Positions 1 to 12,696 of a DNA stretch of 64,000 nucleotides are shown in pieces. The DNA comes from Ostrea edulis (Eukaryota). The DNA lies in NCBI RefSeq assembly GCF_947568905.1, contig NC_079171.1:57474001-57538000 (forward strand), read 5' to 3'. The translations under genes were made by a program, and so were the position numbers. Under the pieces are notes generated by a model. The model was given only the letters and a program-made list of their open reading frames with translations, made no database searches and was not told the DNA's origin. Position 1 is the first letter of the stretch; every line of letters begins with the position of its first letter.

Positions 1-224
1 CACTAGTCCTGGAGTGTTGATTCGGAATGTCGAATTGCTCACCATACCATTAAAAGATTCTGAAATTGATCTCTGTAAAGCGTGAATGTGGCAGGTAAAT
101 ATGAACCTTAAGCTTCAAATGCTTATGGCTTGATGACAAATCTATTCGCTATATAAAAACCTTAACTTAACTTTACTGTTACATACAAAATGATAAATAC
201 GAATTTCAAATTGGAATCTTTCAG

Positions 225-1099
225 GAGCTGTATACACAATTTGGGGAAGAAAAAGCTGTTCGCTGGTTAACGGTACTACCACCCTGTACACAGGTAAAAC
301 CTCTATATAGGTGTAACATATAATCTGTTTTGCTATTATACAAAGTTTGTTATCTGAATCCAAAAGATACATTGATTTACTGAATTATTCCCCTTTACTT
401 TGAAGAAGATAGCACAGATGTTCACTTTACATGAGTAACGCTATCTAGTTGTTTCATTCACATTTTCAATACTTTTTGTCAGGTATAACAGGTGGCAAAA
501 TGTATTACATAAAAGGAAGTGGCGTCACTACGCTGTGTTTGCCTCACGATCCCGATTCACTTTTGAGGGCGTTGATCCACATCCCCTACGACATCAACAA
601 CACACCTTACATATTTGGCGCGGAGTTCGAGATGAACTACAAAAACGTTGCCCGCAACGACGATGTACCGTGCGCTGTTTGTCATGCACAAACCTCAACT
701 TCCGCTGTAATGATTCCAGCAAAACTCACGTGCCCGCAAAACTGGAAACTGCAGTACAGCGGGATGATGAGCGCGGAGAGATCTGACCACTTTGCATCTG
801 ATTTTATTTGTGTTGATTTAAATCTTGAGTATATAGAGGGAACGCGGGCTAGGAATGCGGACGGCAGGTTGATTCACCCCGCAAAAGCCAGATGCGGTTC
901 CCTTCCGTGCCCCCCATACAAGGACAAACAGTATGTCTCGTGTGTCGTTTGTGCAAACTACATTGATATTGTTAATTCACTGCCAGCTTCCTTGTACGTA
1001 AATAAAATTCAGTCTATTTATAGCAGGGGCTGTATAATGGAGTCAAATATTGTTTCTGATATGGTAATCCGTCTAGACGAAAATTTTATAGAAACATGA
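225..1099 (+). CDS. Short-chain-collagen-C4-like (spongin/collagen IV NC1-related) gene copy A; 5' exon lies outside the window; stop-loss, possibly decaying
   Basis: Exons 225-293 (GAVYTIWGRKSCSLVNGTTTLYTG, tttcAG/GTaaaa) and 483-1099 (GITGGKM...CLPHDP...DVPCAVC...MIPAKLTCP...CGSLPCPPY...CVVCAN). Nearly identical to 13466-14202 at offset 13241, but TAA has become TAC at 959-961, extending the frame to TGA at 1097-1099. Confidence 0.8.
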
Positions 1100-1134
1100 C
1101 TGTTTAATGATGCATATCAAACGCCGGTCGTTTA

Positions 1135-1445
1135 ACTGAAAAGGTGATGACATCGAACAGTGATCAATCTCATAACTCCTAAAAGAAATACAAAATTAAG
1201 AGTTGTGTAAAATACGAGCCCTGGACATGCCAGAGGTGGGATCGCGTGACTAGGAGGAGTAAGCATCCCCTCTGGACCTGTTATACCCGTAGTGATCCTT
1301 ACATTTTGATCATATAAACGGAGTAATCGGTAGTCAAAATCAGTGTTCCAAGAACGGCCTAACAATCGATATGCAACACGTCAGGCAGCATTTGATCCAA
1401 TGATGGGTTGTATTGACGAACTAGATTGTTTGAAAAGATTTGCGG
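1135..1445 (-). mobile_element. Penelope-like (Naiad-type) 3' end fragment
   Basis: aaggtgaagataacgaacagtgatcaatctcataactcct family; matches the sequence downstream of the RT frame at 55-56 kb. Confidence 0.75.
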
Positions 1446-1950
1446 AAGTATCAACCTAATCAATTCACGATGTTAAAGTGTATGACTAACATCTAATGAG
1501 TGCATATGTTTTGATATAGAAATATAGCGACTGGTTTATTTTAGGATATGCATTGCTAAACGGTAAGCAATGGGATGTTAATAGTGATTGAGAATTAGTT
1601 TAACAGTCAACTCACGTTTTGAAGCGAACGTGAAAGAAACACAAACCATAAGAAATGTTCGTAAATAATTCATATTTCTAAGGTTTTAAAGTAAAGGCTT
1701 GTGTGCCGGGAACCAAAATTATCGCCGGAACTTAAGTGCACAGCCTGAACCAGCCGCAGTTGAATGTGAATTTCCAGACCTGAATTATGAACGACTGTTC
1801 CGAAATTCAGTCAAGGCGTAAGTCCGCATTTCTAGCAGTTAACAAAAATAGTTTGTGAAAAACTCATTTTGAAGAAATACATGTTACTGTAAATAAAAAA
1901 GTGAATGAAAGGCGAAGATAACGAACAGTGATCAATCTCATAACACCTAT

Positions 1951-2065
1951 AATGTAAAACTTATACGGTACCAATTTTGATGCACCAGATGCACATTTCG
2001 ACAAATTATGTCTCTTCGGTGATTTTTGTTTGAAATCCGAAATAACAGTGAAGTTTTAGAGCTAT
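1951..2065 (-). mobile_element. Short degenerate hammerhead-repeat copy inserted into a Penelope-like 3' end (1907-2235)
   Basis: Interrupts the otherwise contiguous taactcctat|aagcaatacaaaatag sequence of the PLE end. Confidence 0.7.
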
Positions 2066-2892
2066 AAGCAATACAAAATAGATAGTTGGGCAAACACGGA
2101 CCCCTGGACACACCAGAGGTGGGATCAGGTGCCTAGGAGGAGTAAGCATCCCCTGTCGACCGGTCACACCCGCCGTGAGCCCTATATCCTGTTCAGGTAA
2201 ATGGAATTATCAGTAGTCATAATCAGTGTGCCAAGATGTGATGAATAGGAAAGTTGCTTGCACAAAACATGTGACAAACTGTACTTTTCTTTGTATATGG
2301 TTTATCTGTGAACTAATGACTGTTAGCTATTACTTGATTGTTTATTAACTGCAAACATCATGACGTCCATTCTCAAGTTTTCATAGTCTACCCCCTCTCT
2401 ATGTTTCTCTCTATCTTTTGGAGAAATATTTCACAACAAACATACCTGCTTCTAACTATACATGCATGTGATGTACATGTCTTGGTTAGATTTCTTCAAT
2501 GTTTACCAAACATGATTAACATGCATTATAGTGTATTGATAAATATTTCGTTTTTAGATTTGAATTATTACAATATCTTGCTAATACATTTACGACTACG
2601 TCTATCTCGTTTCATTATCTTGTAATTTATTGATGGGAAAGGTAATGAAAGATAGAAAGCGATTTTTAAAATATGCTACCGATCGAATTTAATTTTAATG
2701 CTGGTGAATTTATGGTTTTTGTTATCAAATGCATTATGTTAAAAGGGGGAATCACTGTTTGTCCTGTTAAATTTTGTCAACCCCATCCCCACCCCCATGA
2801 ACAAAATCATGAACGGACAAACATGAAATATGCAACATAACAATCTCCCACACCGCCACAAGGCAGGTCTATTTCACAGTCACTCTTACATT

Positions 2893-3236
2893 TGCGCATC
2901 TGGTGAATCAAAATTGGTACCGTATACGTTTTATATTATGACCCCTGCCTCGAGGCCTCTGCTGGTGGATTGTTAGCCCCCGAGGGTCTCTACAGCCCAG
3001 TAGCTAAGTACTTCGTTACTAGCTTGAAAATACGGATGTATATTTAATTGCTGTTATAAAATTTAGAAATTCATTTCAAAATTAAGGATTATCTCCCTCA
3101 CGCATAGCTCTTATCCTTCGACGAATTTGACTCCACGTTTTTGGCACACTTTTTCCCCATATAATAGCTCTAAAATTTCATTGTTATTTCGGATTTCAAA
3201 CATTTCGGTTGAGCATCACTGAAGAGACATTATTTG
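2893..3236 (+). mobile_element. Near full-length permuted monomer of the hammerhead repeat (retrozyme-like, ~350-nt unit)
   Basis: Begins tgcgcaTC^tggtga (3' half of the ribozyme) and ends gcatcaCTGAAGAGACattatttg (5' half). Confidence 0.7.
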
Positions 3237-3427
3237 AAAATAAACTATATTCGATATGATAAGAGTGGAATGTGTTTAATATACATGATGTAGAAAGTGA
3301 AATAGTATGCATACCTGAACATAGCTGATCATAATCCAAAAATAAAGAGTTGATATCACACTGTCAAGATCATTAGACTTAACAAATAAGGAAAATACGC
3401 GGTTCCAAAGTATATTTAAACATATCA

Positions 3428-4150
3428 AAATGTGAAATTAACGAGCAGTGATCGAACACATAACTCCTATAAGCAATACAAAATTATGAGTTGGGCAAAC
3501 ATGAAACCCTAGACATACCAGAGGTGGGATCAGGTGCCTGGGAGGAGTAAGCATCCCCTGTCGACCGGTAACACCCACAGTGAGCCATGTATCTCGATCT
3601 GGTCAACGAGTAATCCGTAGTCAAAATCAGTGTGTAAAATCAATTGGTATGAAACACGTAGACAGCAATTTACCTAATGACAGGTTGTTTTGACAAACTA
3701 GATCGTTTTAACAATCATAGAGCTTACGGAATGCTGATTTTACATGAGACAGTTGAAACTCTTGTAACATCAATTTGTTTGCCTTGATTTAAAAAAATGA
3801 TCAGACGCAGAAGCTTGCGTATCTAATTCATTGAGATACATAAACACCAGATACAGGTGATTATAGAATATTGTTAAATAGATATGGGAAGTTCACAATG
3901 GACACGCTGAAGTCATCCAGTTTGTTATGAAATGTTAGTTTGCTATTAACATCTACTCGTATATTCAACAAAATATCTAAGTATGAAGCACATGTGCAAG
4001 GCGCTGTAGGGTCTTGTATTTCGAGTTCACAGGGATACAAAATGTATATCAAATCAACATATGAATGAAAATGATTATTGTTAATAGATAAAACGTCGTC
4101 AATATATCTAAAAGTCGGCATGAAAGCCACAACAAGAATTACTTTTGATT
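3428..4150 (-). mobile_element. Penelope-like element fragment with degenerate RT C-terminus
   Basis: ORF 3861-4130 FRYIDDVLSINN...ASYLDILL...FSVSIVNFPYL, followed by the family 3' end. Confidence 0.85.
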
Positions 4151-5003
4151 GATGGCATGCAAAACAGTTGTGACATGATATTCAAGTAAGTTTATGGATT
4201 TTGGCATCCTTTCAGTTCTGCTTAGTAAATACCAAAATAGATATGAGTATATGAACGTCCATTTATTTCTAATAATAAAACAAAATATTTTCTCATGAGA
4301 TTATCAAAATAGTCATCAAGAAAATAATCGCTACTAACATTAACTGTTACTGACAGAATAATCGTGGAGAGAAGAACTTGTTACAGAGATACCGTAAACA
4401 CGATCAATATGAAAGTGATGTGAATTATGCAACTGTCTAAGTAGATAGTTTATCTGCGAACTACTGAGTGTTTCCTGTAACCGAACAAATTATGATTTTC
4501 ATTAGTTTGAATAGTGTAACCCCCTCCCCTTGCTCTCTTTCTTCCGAAAATGCTCACAACACGCATGTACAAAACTAGATATGAATTAAAAGGTACATAT
4601 ATACATGCAATAAATATGGCTTGAACAGGTTTCGCCATTGTTTACAAAACATGTATAAAATATATGATAGTGTATTGATAGGTTTTTGAAGTGCGTGTCA
4701 AGCTTATCAATTTAGAGTCTAAGTCGAACTGGTGTCAAGTAATGCAATGCATCTGAAACGTGATAGAAATAGAAAAGGGTTAAGACAAAATATGTTACCG
4801 AAAACATTTGGAATGCTGGTGGATTTACTGTTCTTGTTGCTGTTTTTTTCTTACTGGCAGTCGTCCCTATCCCCACCACAGAACGGTATTGTGGGCAGTT
4901 TTACATTTGTACAGCTTATCGACTACTTTTGACAAACTTGAATTTCTTATCTTTCTGATGTCTTAACGTGTACATAAATAGGATCACACCACCTGTGAAC
5001 AAC

Positions 5004-7538
5004 ATGGCGTTCTCTCTGTGTCTATTGTTCGTTCTGGGGAGCATTGTGTTTAGCCTACAGGACCAAACAATCCCTGAGGTGTCCAGCCCACAAGACGAAA
5101 CGGTCCGTGATGTACACAGCCCAGATGACCAAATAGTACGTGAAATAGACCGTAGATTGTTGTTAAATGACCCACAAACAATTCTGGTCCAGTTAGAGGC
5201 AATACAAAGAGAAATGCAGACTTTAAAAACACTGGTCAACTCACAGCAAACTAAGATCCAATCAATGCAAACGCTGGAAACATTGGTCAACACCCAACAG
5301 ACTAAGATCCAATCACTGGACACGCTGGTCAACTCACAACACATTCAAATGCAATCTTTACAGAGTCAGTTGACCAAAACTGCAAACCAAGGTAATCCAA
5401 GTTTAGAAGAAAAGTTTAGAATCTAAGCAAACATCTTTTGATAAATATTTACATTGTTTCATTTTCAGATTTGAATTCATACATGACCTGTGGAATAATA
5501 ATATGAACATTGCTATTCTAAAATTACAAGCAATTAAGGAAACTAGTATTGTCATATTTTTGAACATTCAATTTAGTTTTATATTCGTCTAATATATCCC
5601 TTTTATATTTGACATGATTTTGTTTTACGATTTTAGCTGCAGATTTAAAAAGAATTGTCATAAAACGTTTCAAAGTTTCATGATCATTTTTTTTTAATTT
5701 CAAACATGAGCATTTTTTAGTCTTATAGCGTGTTTTCTTTTTTATTAAACATTCATATCAGGCTAAAATTACAGCGAAATATGTCCTCTCTTGTCAAGAT
5801 TTTTCGCGATGTTTTATCATTCCGAAAAAGAAAGGTGAAGATAACGAACAGTGATCAATCTCATAACTCCTACAAGTAATACAAAATAGATAGTTGGACA
5901 AACACGGACCCCTGGACACACCAGAGGTGGGATCAGGTGCCTAGGTGGAGTAAGCATCCCCTGTCGACCGGTCACACCCGCCGTGAGCCCCATATCCTGT
6001 TCAGGTAAACGGAGTTATCCGCCGTCAAGATAAATGTGCCAAGAACGGCTTAACAATCGGTATGGAACACGTCAGACAGCATTTGACCCAATGATAGGTT
6101 GTATTATTATTCAAATTATTCAAAAAATGATTGAGAGCTTGTATCACTATTTACATTATGCAATCACTTCATATGAGATGCTTTAACGAGTCATTAAATT
6201 AGATTTTGGTGTAGAGATCTACATTAAGTTTGAATATCACAGTCTGAGTATTAGATGTTGCCTGTTTAAGCAGACTAAAGATGATTACAATATCATTACT
6301 AATTTCATTTCTTAAATAAATGTAGAGCCAATTCAAGAAAATTGTACATAACGACCGTCAATTACTTCCTTTTAAAGGAATGCAAAATCTTCTCCATTAG
6401 TACAGAAATGGATATACTTTAAATTGGACAGGGCTCGGTACAACTTATACAGTATGGGGACGGAAAAATTGTCCGGCACTCAATGGAACTAGCACTGTGT
6501 ACTCAGGTATGTAAAATATAATCTGAACAAAGAATGATACGGTGACCGGCAGTGGGTCAAAGGTCAATGAAATGCAGCATCTATACAAAGGGAAGGGTAA
6601 CATTGCACGGCACGAAATACTAGTATTCCTTTTAGTAGCTAACTTTATTCATTTGTTGCTGTGGGGCGCAAAATTACTATACAATATAAGCTAAAATATG
6701 CTAAATTCAAAGACCTTTTAGGAGCTTTGCCGTTTGGGCCACACCATTGAACATAAGTTGAATCGCTGAAAAATGCTTGAAGGTTATCACAAACCAGTCA
6801 AAATTATACAAAGTAACATTATACAATGTGCATTCTGAAATCTGCATATTTGCTTACAAGATTTCATGGAATATAGGGGATCTCACCAAAGTAAAGCGCT
6901 AGATCCGTGCCCTTTGGGATATCTTGGCGGTCTCCAGATGTCTTGATTTAACACCACCACACCCACCCCACTATTTGAATTTTGATTTTTCTGATTTTTT
7001 TATATCAATCTTTCCATTCGTTATTGTTGTTAAAAGGAAATCTTATACGTTTTGCCTAGGTATAAGTGCAGGTTCACCGTACCATGTTGGCGGTGGAGGA
7101 GCGAATACATTATGTCTTACCCATAATCCTGATCAGCCGCCGTCTGACTTTCCTACCTACCGAGAAAAAGATGGATGGTTGTATGGAAGCGAGTATCAGT
7201 TCACGTACAGAAATTATGCAATAGATGACGATGTCCCATGCGCCGTTTGTCTTGCAGCATATTCAACTGCCGTTTTGATGATTCCATCGAAAACAAGTTG
7301 TCCCAGTAGTTGGAACGTGGAATATCGCGGGTTTTTAACATCCCAGAGTGCCACAGACGGAAGACCGTCATATGATTATATGTGTCTTCATGAAAATGCA
7401 GAGTATCTGACAGAAGGGGCTCGCCAACAGAATTATAACGGACATTTGTTTTATCCGGTGATAACACAGTGTGGCTCATTACCATGTCCGCCATACATCA
7501 ATGCAAAATACGTTACGTGTGTTGTTTGTTCTAAGTAA
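5004..7538 (+). CDS. Secreted short-chain-collagen-C4-like protein, copy B (~313 aa)
   Basis: join(5004-5391, 6432-6506, 7060-7538), all phase-1 GT-AG introns, 942 nt. Hydrophobic signal peptide MAFSLCLLFVLGSIVFS, DRRLLLNDP motif, Gln-rich heptad coiled coil, then YTVWGRKNCP...GANTLCL...DVPCAVC...CGSLPCPPY...TCVVCSK. The exon-2 acceptor (ttggacAG) is weak, so that boundary is less certain. AATAAA at 7561. Confidence 0.8.
5834..6105 (-). mobile_element. Penelope-like 3' end in intron 1 of copy B
   Basis: Close match to 55030-55300. Confidence 0.8.
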
Positions 7539-8546
7539 AAAGCATTCTGTATTCTTTAAAAATAAAATGTATTCGATATGGTGAGAGTAGAATGTGTTTT
7601 AAATATATGACGTAGAAAGTGAAATAGTATACATGTACATAGGCTGAACAGACCTGTCATGATTTTTCTCATATACCCAGACTTGTTCTGATATATAGCA
7701 AGATCCTCATATCTATTGTGAAGAACAGTGAAATAACATGATAAATAGAAACCCTCCAAATCTTCCATGGAGATCCCATTGGAATTGGTGTATTTTTGTG
7801 TATATATCAATGATTGATTCGTATTACGGAGAATAACTACGGAAAAGAACGCCAGACAACTGGCCTAACAAGCAATAGGATTAACATTCATATTTTTGCC
7901 GCTTCACAAGATGAGGATGCACTCATTCTTATGAACATATGACCAACTTGCCTGGCGAGAGTTGAGAAATTTGCCGACATGAAAGTCCAATATTCGACCA
8001 CAAACTGGGGTCATTTCATGCATAGGGGAAAACAAAAGATGAACGTGATGGCCACTATCTCAAAACGAGTGGAGGGAGTATTACATCTTTTATTCCTTTT
8101 AACACAATCACACTCTTATTGACTTTATATAGGTAAACGTTGGCATATTTTGGGCTAACAATCCCAGAGACTGTGAGCAAATATGTTACACCTAATAAGT
8201 ACCGATAATTAACAACATAGGTTGAATAACTTCTTTATCATATAGCTAAACCATACGTCAGTTGTTGTGTTATGTTGAGGATTCATTCATTTCCACGTTA
8301 AGTTTAGAAACTAACGCAATATTGAAACTAGAACAGTATTGAAGGTGGTATAAATGCATGCAAAAGCACAATGTTACGCACGATGACAATAGTCACCGGA
8401 ATACATCGATTACTGCTTGTCAAATAAACAATAATTTACGTCCCTAATTGTAAAATCACAAGACTCAATTTCTAATGAATGGATAAAACATTGAAACAAA
8501 GAGTTTGTCAAACTATATATAGTCATACACAACTTCATTAATGTAA

Positions 8547-8577
<31 letters not shown>

Positions 8578-8894
8578 AGCGACGTTAAACAACATACAAT
8601 CTTTCCGGAATGCTTTGGCGCGGATCCTATTATTTCATAAAAAGTTGGCGTTTAACAGTGACTTAACTATTGCAAAAATTCTTCATAAATTAGGAACACT
8701 TCATTATCAGCAAATTATTTTAAATGAATACGTAAGCTACTATAGATAGAACAATACACCTACATATTTCTGATAGCCTTGAAAACATGGAGGTCAAATT
8801 GTGGAATAAGTGTGATAGTAGAAAGGTCTTATCAGTACCTGCGTTCCATTGTTCGATTGCCTAGTATATCTATATATTACAATTTAATCATAAC

Positions 8895-10390
8895 ATGCGG
8901 GGTTTGCTTTTACACGTCTTGTGTCTGAATTGGGCGATACTCGGGTGGGCGGAGCAGGACGACAGAGACCGTCGTCTGTTGTTAAGCGATCCGCAGATGA
9001 TCCAAGCACAGCTAGAGGCAATGCAGAGGCGGATCCAGGCGCTGGAGACCCAGGCCACTGTTAGACAGACAGGAAGTGGTGAGTAACACAGTGTCATCGG
9101 GGTTAGGGTTGGTGCCAATTATGTTAAACGTGGGGATAAAGGGGGCGGGGAGGGAACGGTGTAAAAGAAGGGGGAAAGGACGCAATGAGAACAGTAACAT
9201 TTTGCAAATAAAGATTAAAGAATAGTCGCCATAGAACACTGAATGTAGAAATTATCCTTCAAACAGTTTAAAAAAACTGGTTCCTAAATTCATCACGGTA
9301 AAACGTTAGTGTGTCAATTTCATAAATTTAAACCTTGAAATGTTTTAGGTTTGATGGCAAACTAGTTTGTTAAATGGAAACATTAATTGTATTAAACATT
9401 ATCTAAAAACATAAATATATGATTAATGTGAATCTTTCAGGAGCTGTATACACAATCTGGGGAAGAAGAAGCTGCCCACTGGTCAACGGTACTACCACCC
9501 TGTACACAGGTAAACATCATATACACGGGTGCAACTTACAATATGTGTCTGGTTTCTAACAACCCGTATACGGGAATGAATTACATTAACTGATTTCACA
9601 GAACTGCGGGCTTCTACCAATGGTCAGTATTGGACTCTCCTAATGTTCATTATCATTATTGGACCCTTATGAAATAGAGTATACAGAGAGTAATCGCTAT
9701 TATACATAGTTTATTGTTAGATTAATACTTAGATGAGTTGTGCATTCTAAAGTTACCTGCTTCACATAGTGTAATGGAGTGTTTCCATCATATTGAATAA
9801 GATATTCAAAAGCATACGGCATTCATGTTCAATTACAACTCCATGCAAGATAAAGCTTGGATAAGTAAAGAGATGTAGTTGTATCATTCATATTGTTCTT
9901 TCCTACAATTTTTTCAGGCATAACAAGTGGCAAAATGTATAATATGAAGGGAAGTGGCGTCACAACGTTGTGTTTGCCTCACGATCCCGATTCACTTCCG
10001 GTATCGTTCCATTCCCCCGATGACCCTTACACAGCGTTCATATTCGGGTCGGAGTTTGAAATGAACTATAAAAACGTTGCCGACAACGATGATGTACCAT
10101 GCGCTGTTTGTCATGCACAAACCTCAACTTCCGCTCTAATGATTCCAGCAAAACTCACGTGCCCGCAAAACTGGAAACTGCAGTATAGCGGGTTTATGGC
10201 GGCAGAAAGATATGACTACTTTGCGTCTGATTTTATTTGTGTTGATTTGAACCCCGAGTATATAGAGGGAACGCGGGCTGTCAACGCGGACGGCAGACTG
10301 ATTCACCCTGTTAAAGCCAGATGCGGTTCTCTCCCGTGTCCCCCATACAAGGACAAACAGTATGTCTCGTGTGTCGTTTGTACAAATTAA
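8895..10390 (+). CDS. Secreted short-chain-collagen-C4-like protein, copy C (~241 aa)
   Basis: join(8895-9078, 9441-9509, 9918-10390), 726 nt. Donor G/GTGAGT, acceptors tttcAG. Signal peptide MRGLLLHVLCLNWAILGWA, RDRRLLLSDP, short coiled coil, same Cys-rich domain. AATAAA at 10477. Confidence 0.9.
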
Positions 10391-12696
10391 ACAGATGTTG
10401 TGAATTCACTGTCAGACTTTGTCTTGTATTCAAGTAATTATACTATGTTTCATAAATTGATGGATTAAAGTATATAAATAAATGTTTATTCGGTATATAC
10501 AATCAAATAAATGTCCATACACACATACCAAGAATAGCTCATTAAAGCTAGAAAGCTCATTGCTAATGCCTTTAATTGACGGCTGTTGACGTTATTGAGC
10601 CATTATAGTGAAGGAAACTAGAGTACCGTATACCCGATTTAATACATGTCAACATCAAAAGGTAACATCCTTTCCATGATTAGCCCAAAAAACGCTATTT
10701 TATTTTATCAACAAACCCACGTGGATTACAACATTGTACGATCTGACATACGAAAGGAAACTTGTGGGACTAGTTTCTTAATCATTTTCGTAATTTGAGG
10801 AGGACTTCTCCTAACTGGTAGTGGAATACATGGTTTGGTAGCAGTGACCTGTACATCAGAATTATGTTTATTTTTACTCTTATGAGCAGGTATGTTGTAA
10901 ACTGATTTCGTATGCATGATTGATTATTGCTGTCTGTCTACAAATTCAAATAACAAATTTTGTAAAATTCTATAACTTTGATTTTACCATATAACAGAAT
11001 GCAAAATACACAACCTTGTTTAGAAATTATGAGAAAAAAAGTAACTTTTTCTGGATATTTAGAAAAAATTAGCTCACCTGAGCCGATTTCGATTTCAATT
11101 TCTGCAGAACCATTGGTCCAGTATTGCAAAATTGCAATTGAATCAAACTTCATATAAATCATCTTTGAGAAAGGAAGATTCAAGTTTGTTCAATTGAAGG
11201 AGCATGCTCACTTGGATCGTGAGATGAACATAATCAAGATGATCAAGAAAAGGTAAAAATAGCGAGGGGTCATTTTCCCCCAGAATTTGAATTGTGCATA
11301 AAAGCTTCCTAACAAACATAGTATAAATTCCAGTTTGTTCAGATCGTGGTTCTCCGGAGTAGGTTGAAGCCAAAATAGAGGACCAATTAAAATTCATATG
11401 AAAGCTTCCTGACATTGTGTAGATTGAAGCTTGTTCAAACCATGACTCCAGGGGGGGGGGGGGGTATAGTGGGACCACAATAGGGAATCAAACTTTTACA
11501 CGTGGATATATAGTAAACATTCTTAATGTTTTCTCAAGAACAAATGGGCAAATAATGAAAGTTTCATGATTAATTAAAATTAGTTCAAATTATGGCTCCA
11601 AGGGGTAGAGTGGGGCCACAATAGGAGATCAAAGTTTTACATGCAAGAAATTGTTTTACAATAAGACACAGCAAGAAACTTTTTCTTCTCATATAGACGT
11701 TTCTGAATAGATTCTACCTCATAAGAATATTAAAAAAAAGGTCAGCAAACAAAGGAGCACAATTCGTGCCAATGGGACTTCCAACAATATCTTGAGAAGC
11801 AATTGACAATAAGTAAACTTGAGAGAGTCATTGCCCTCGACGACAAAAATGACTCTTAATGATTTTCAGGTCACAAAATCAATGGTAAAGTTAAAGTATA
11901 ATTTTCAACTAACAAACATGCTTCCGCCTAGCAGTACTCTCCGTACTTTGATTTATTATGCTTCCGTGACTAAAAACAAAGAAGATATTATTTTGTCCTA
12001 TCAGTCTGAAATGTGTTCTTTGCTCGTAACTTTTGAATGATGATCGTGATAGAGCTCTCATATTTCAGATGTTTATTACTTGTGGTAATTAGTTTTGACC
12101 TTGTAATCTTGACGTTTGTGTTTGATCTACTTGAAGACCTAACCTAGACAATAGGGTAGGGTTTTAAAACTTTGTATAACGATCCCTTATGCCAAGACAC
12201 TTCATTGGATGCCATGATGTTTGACCTCCTGATAGATGACAAGACTTTTCTTCATGGTACCAAAGAATTTGACGTTGCAACCTCGATTTTCGATGACTTT
12301 TAAGAAGTGAACTTAGGAGTTGTTTAAGGTAGGGATTTCATGTTTGGTAAATAAATTCCTTATGGAAAGACTATACATTTCATACCGTGATTGTTTGACC
12401 TTGTGACCTTGTATTATGGTTATGTCCTACGGGGCTAGATTGGAACCACAATAAGGTTCTAATTCAATATGGGGTCATTTTTCATTGGAATAAAGATTGC
12501 AAAATATATTTTAAAACTCACAGTGGCGGAAAAGGTTAATCATGTTCGTCTCCATTCCTACCACAGTGCAGATCTGTATTGCTGACATTTGTACAGCTTA
12601 TTGACTACTTTTGTGAATCTTGTATTTCTTATCTTTCTGATGCGTAACAGTGCAGTTAATGTGTACGCAAATATGATCACACCATTAGTGAACGAC

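Noticed and set aside
142-372. 76-aa minus-strand ORF repeated at 13383-13613
   Set aside because: Antisense shadow of exon 2 and AT-rich intron; repeated only because the segment is duplicated.
962-1099. Extra 46-aa C-terminal domain of copy A
   Set aside because: It is former 3'UTR (matches D's UTR up to 1023) opened by the stop loss; no sign of a real domain.
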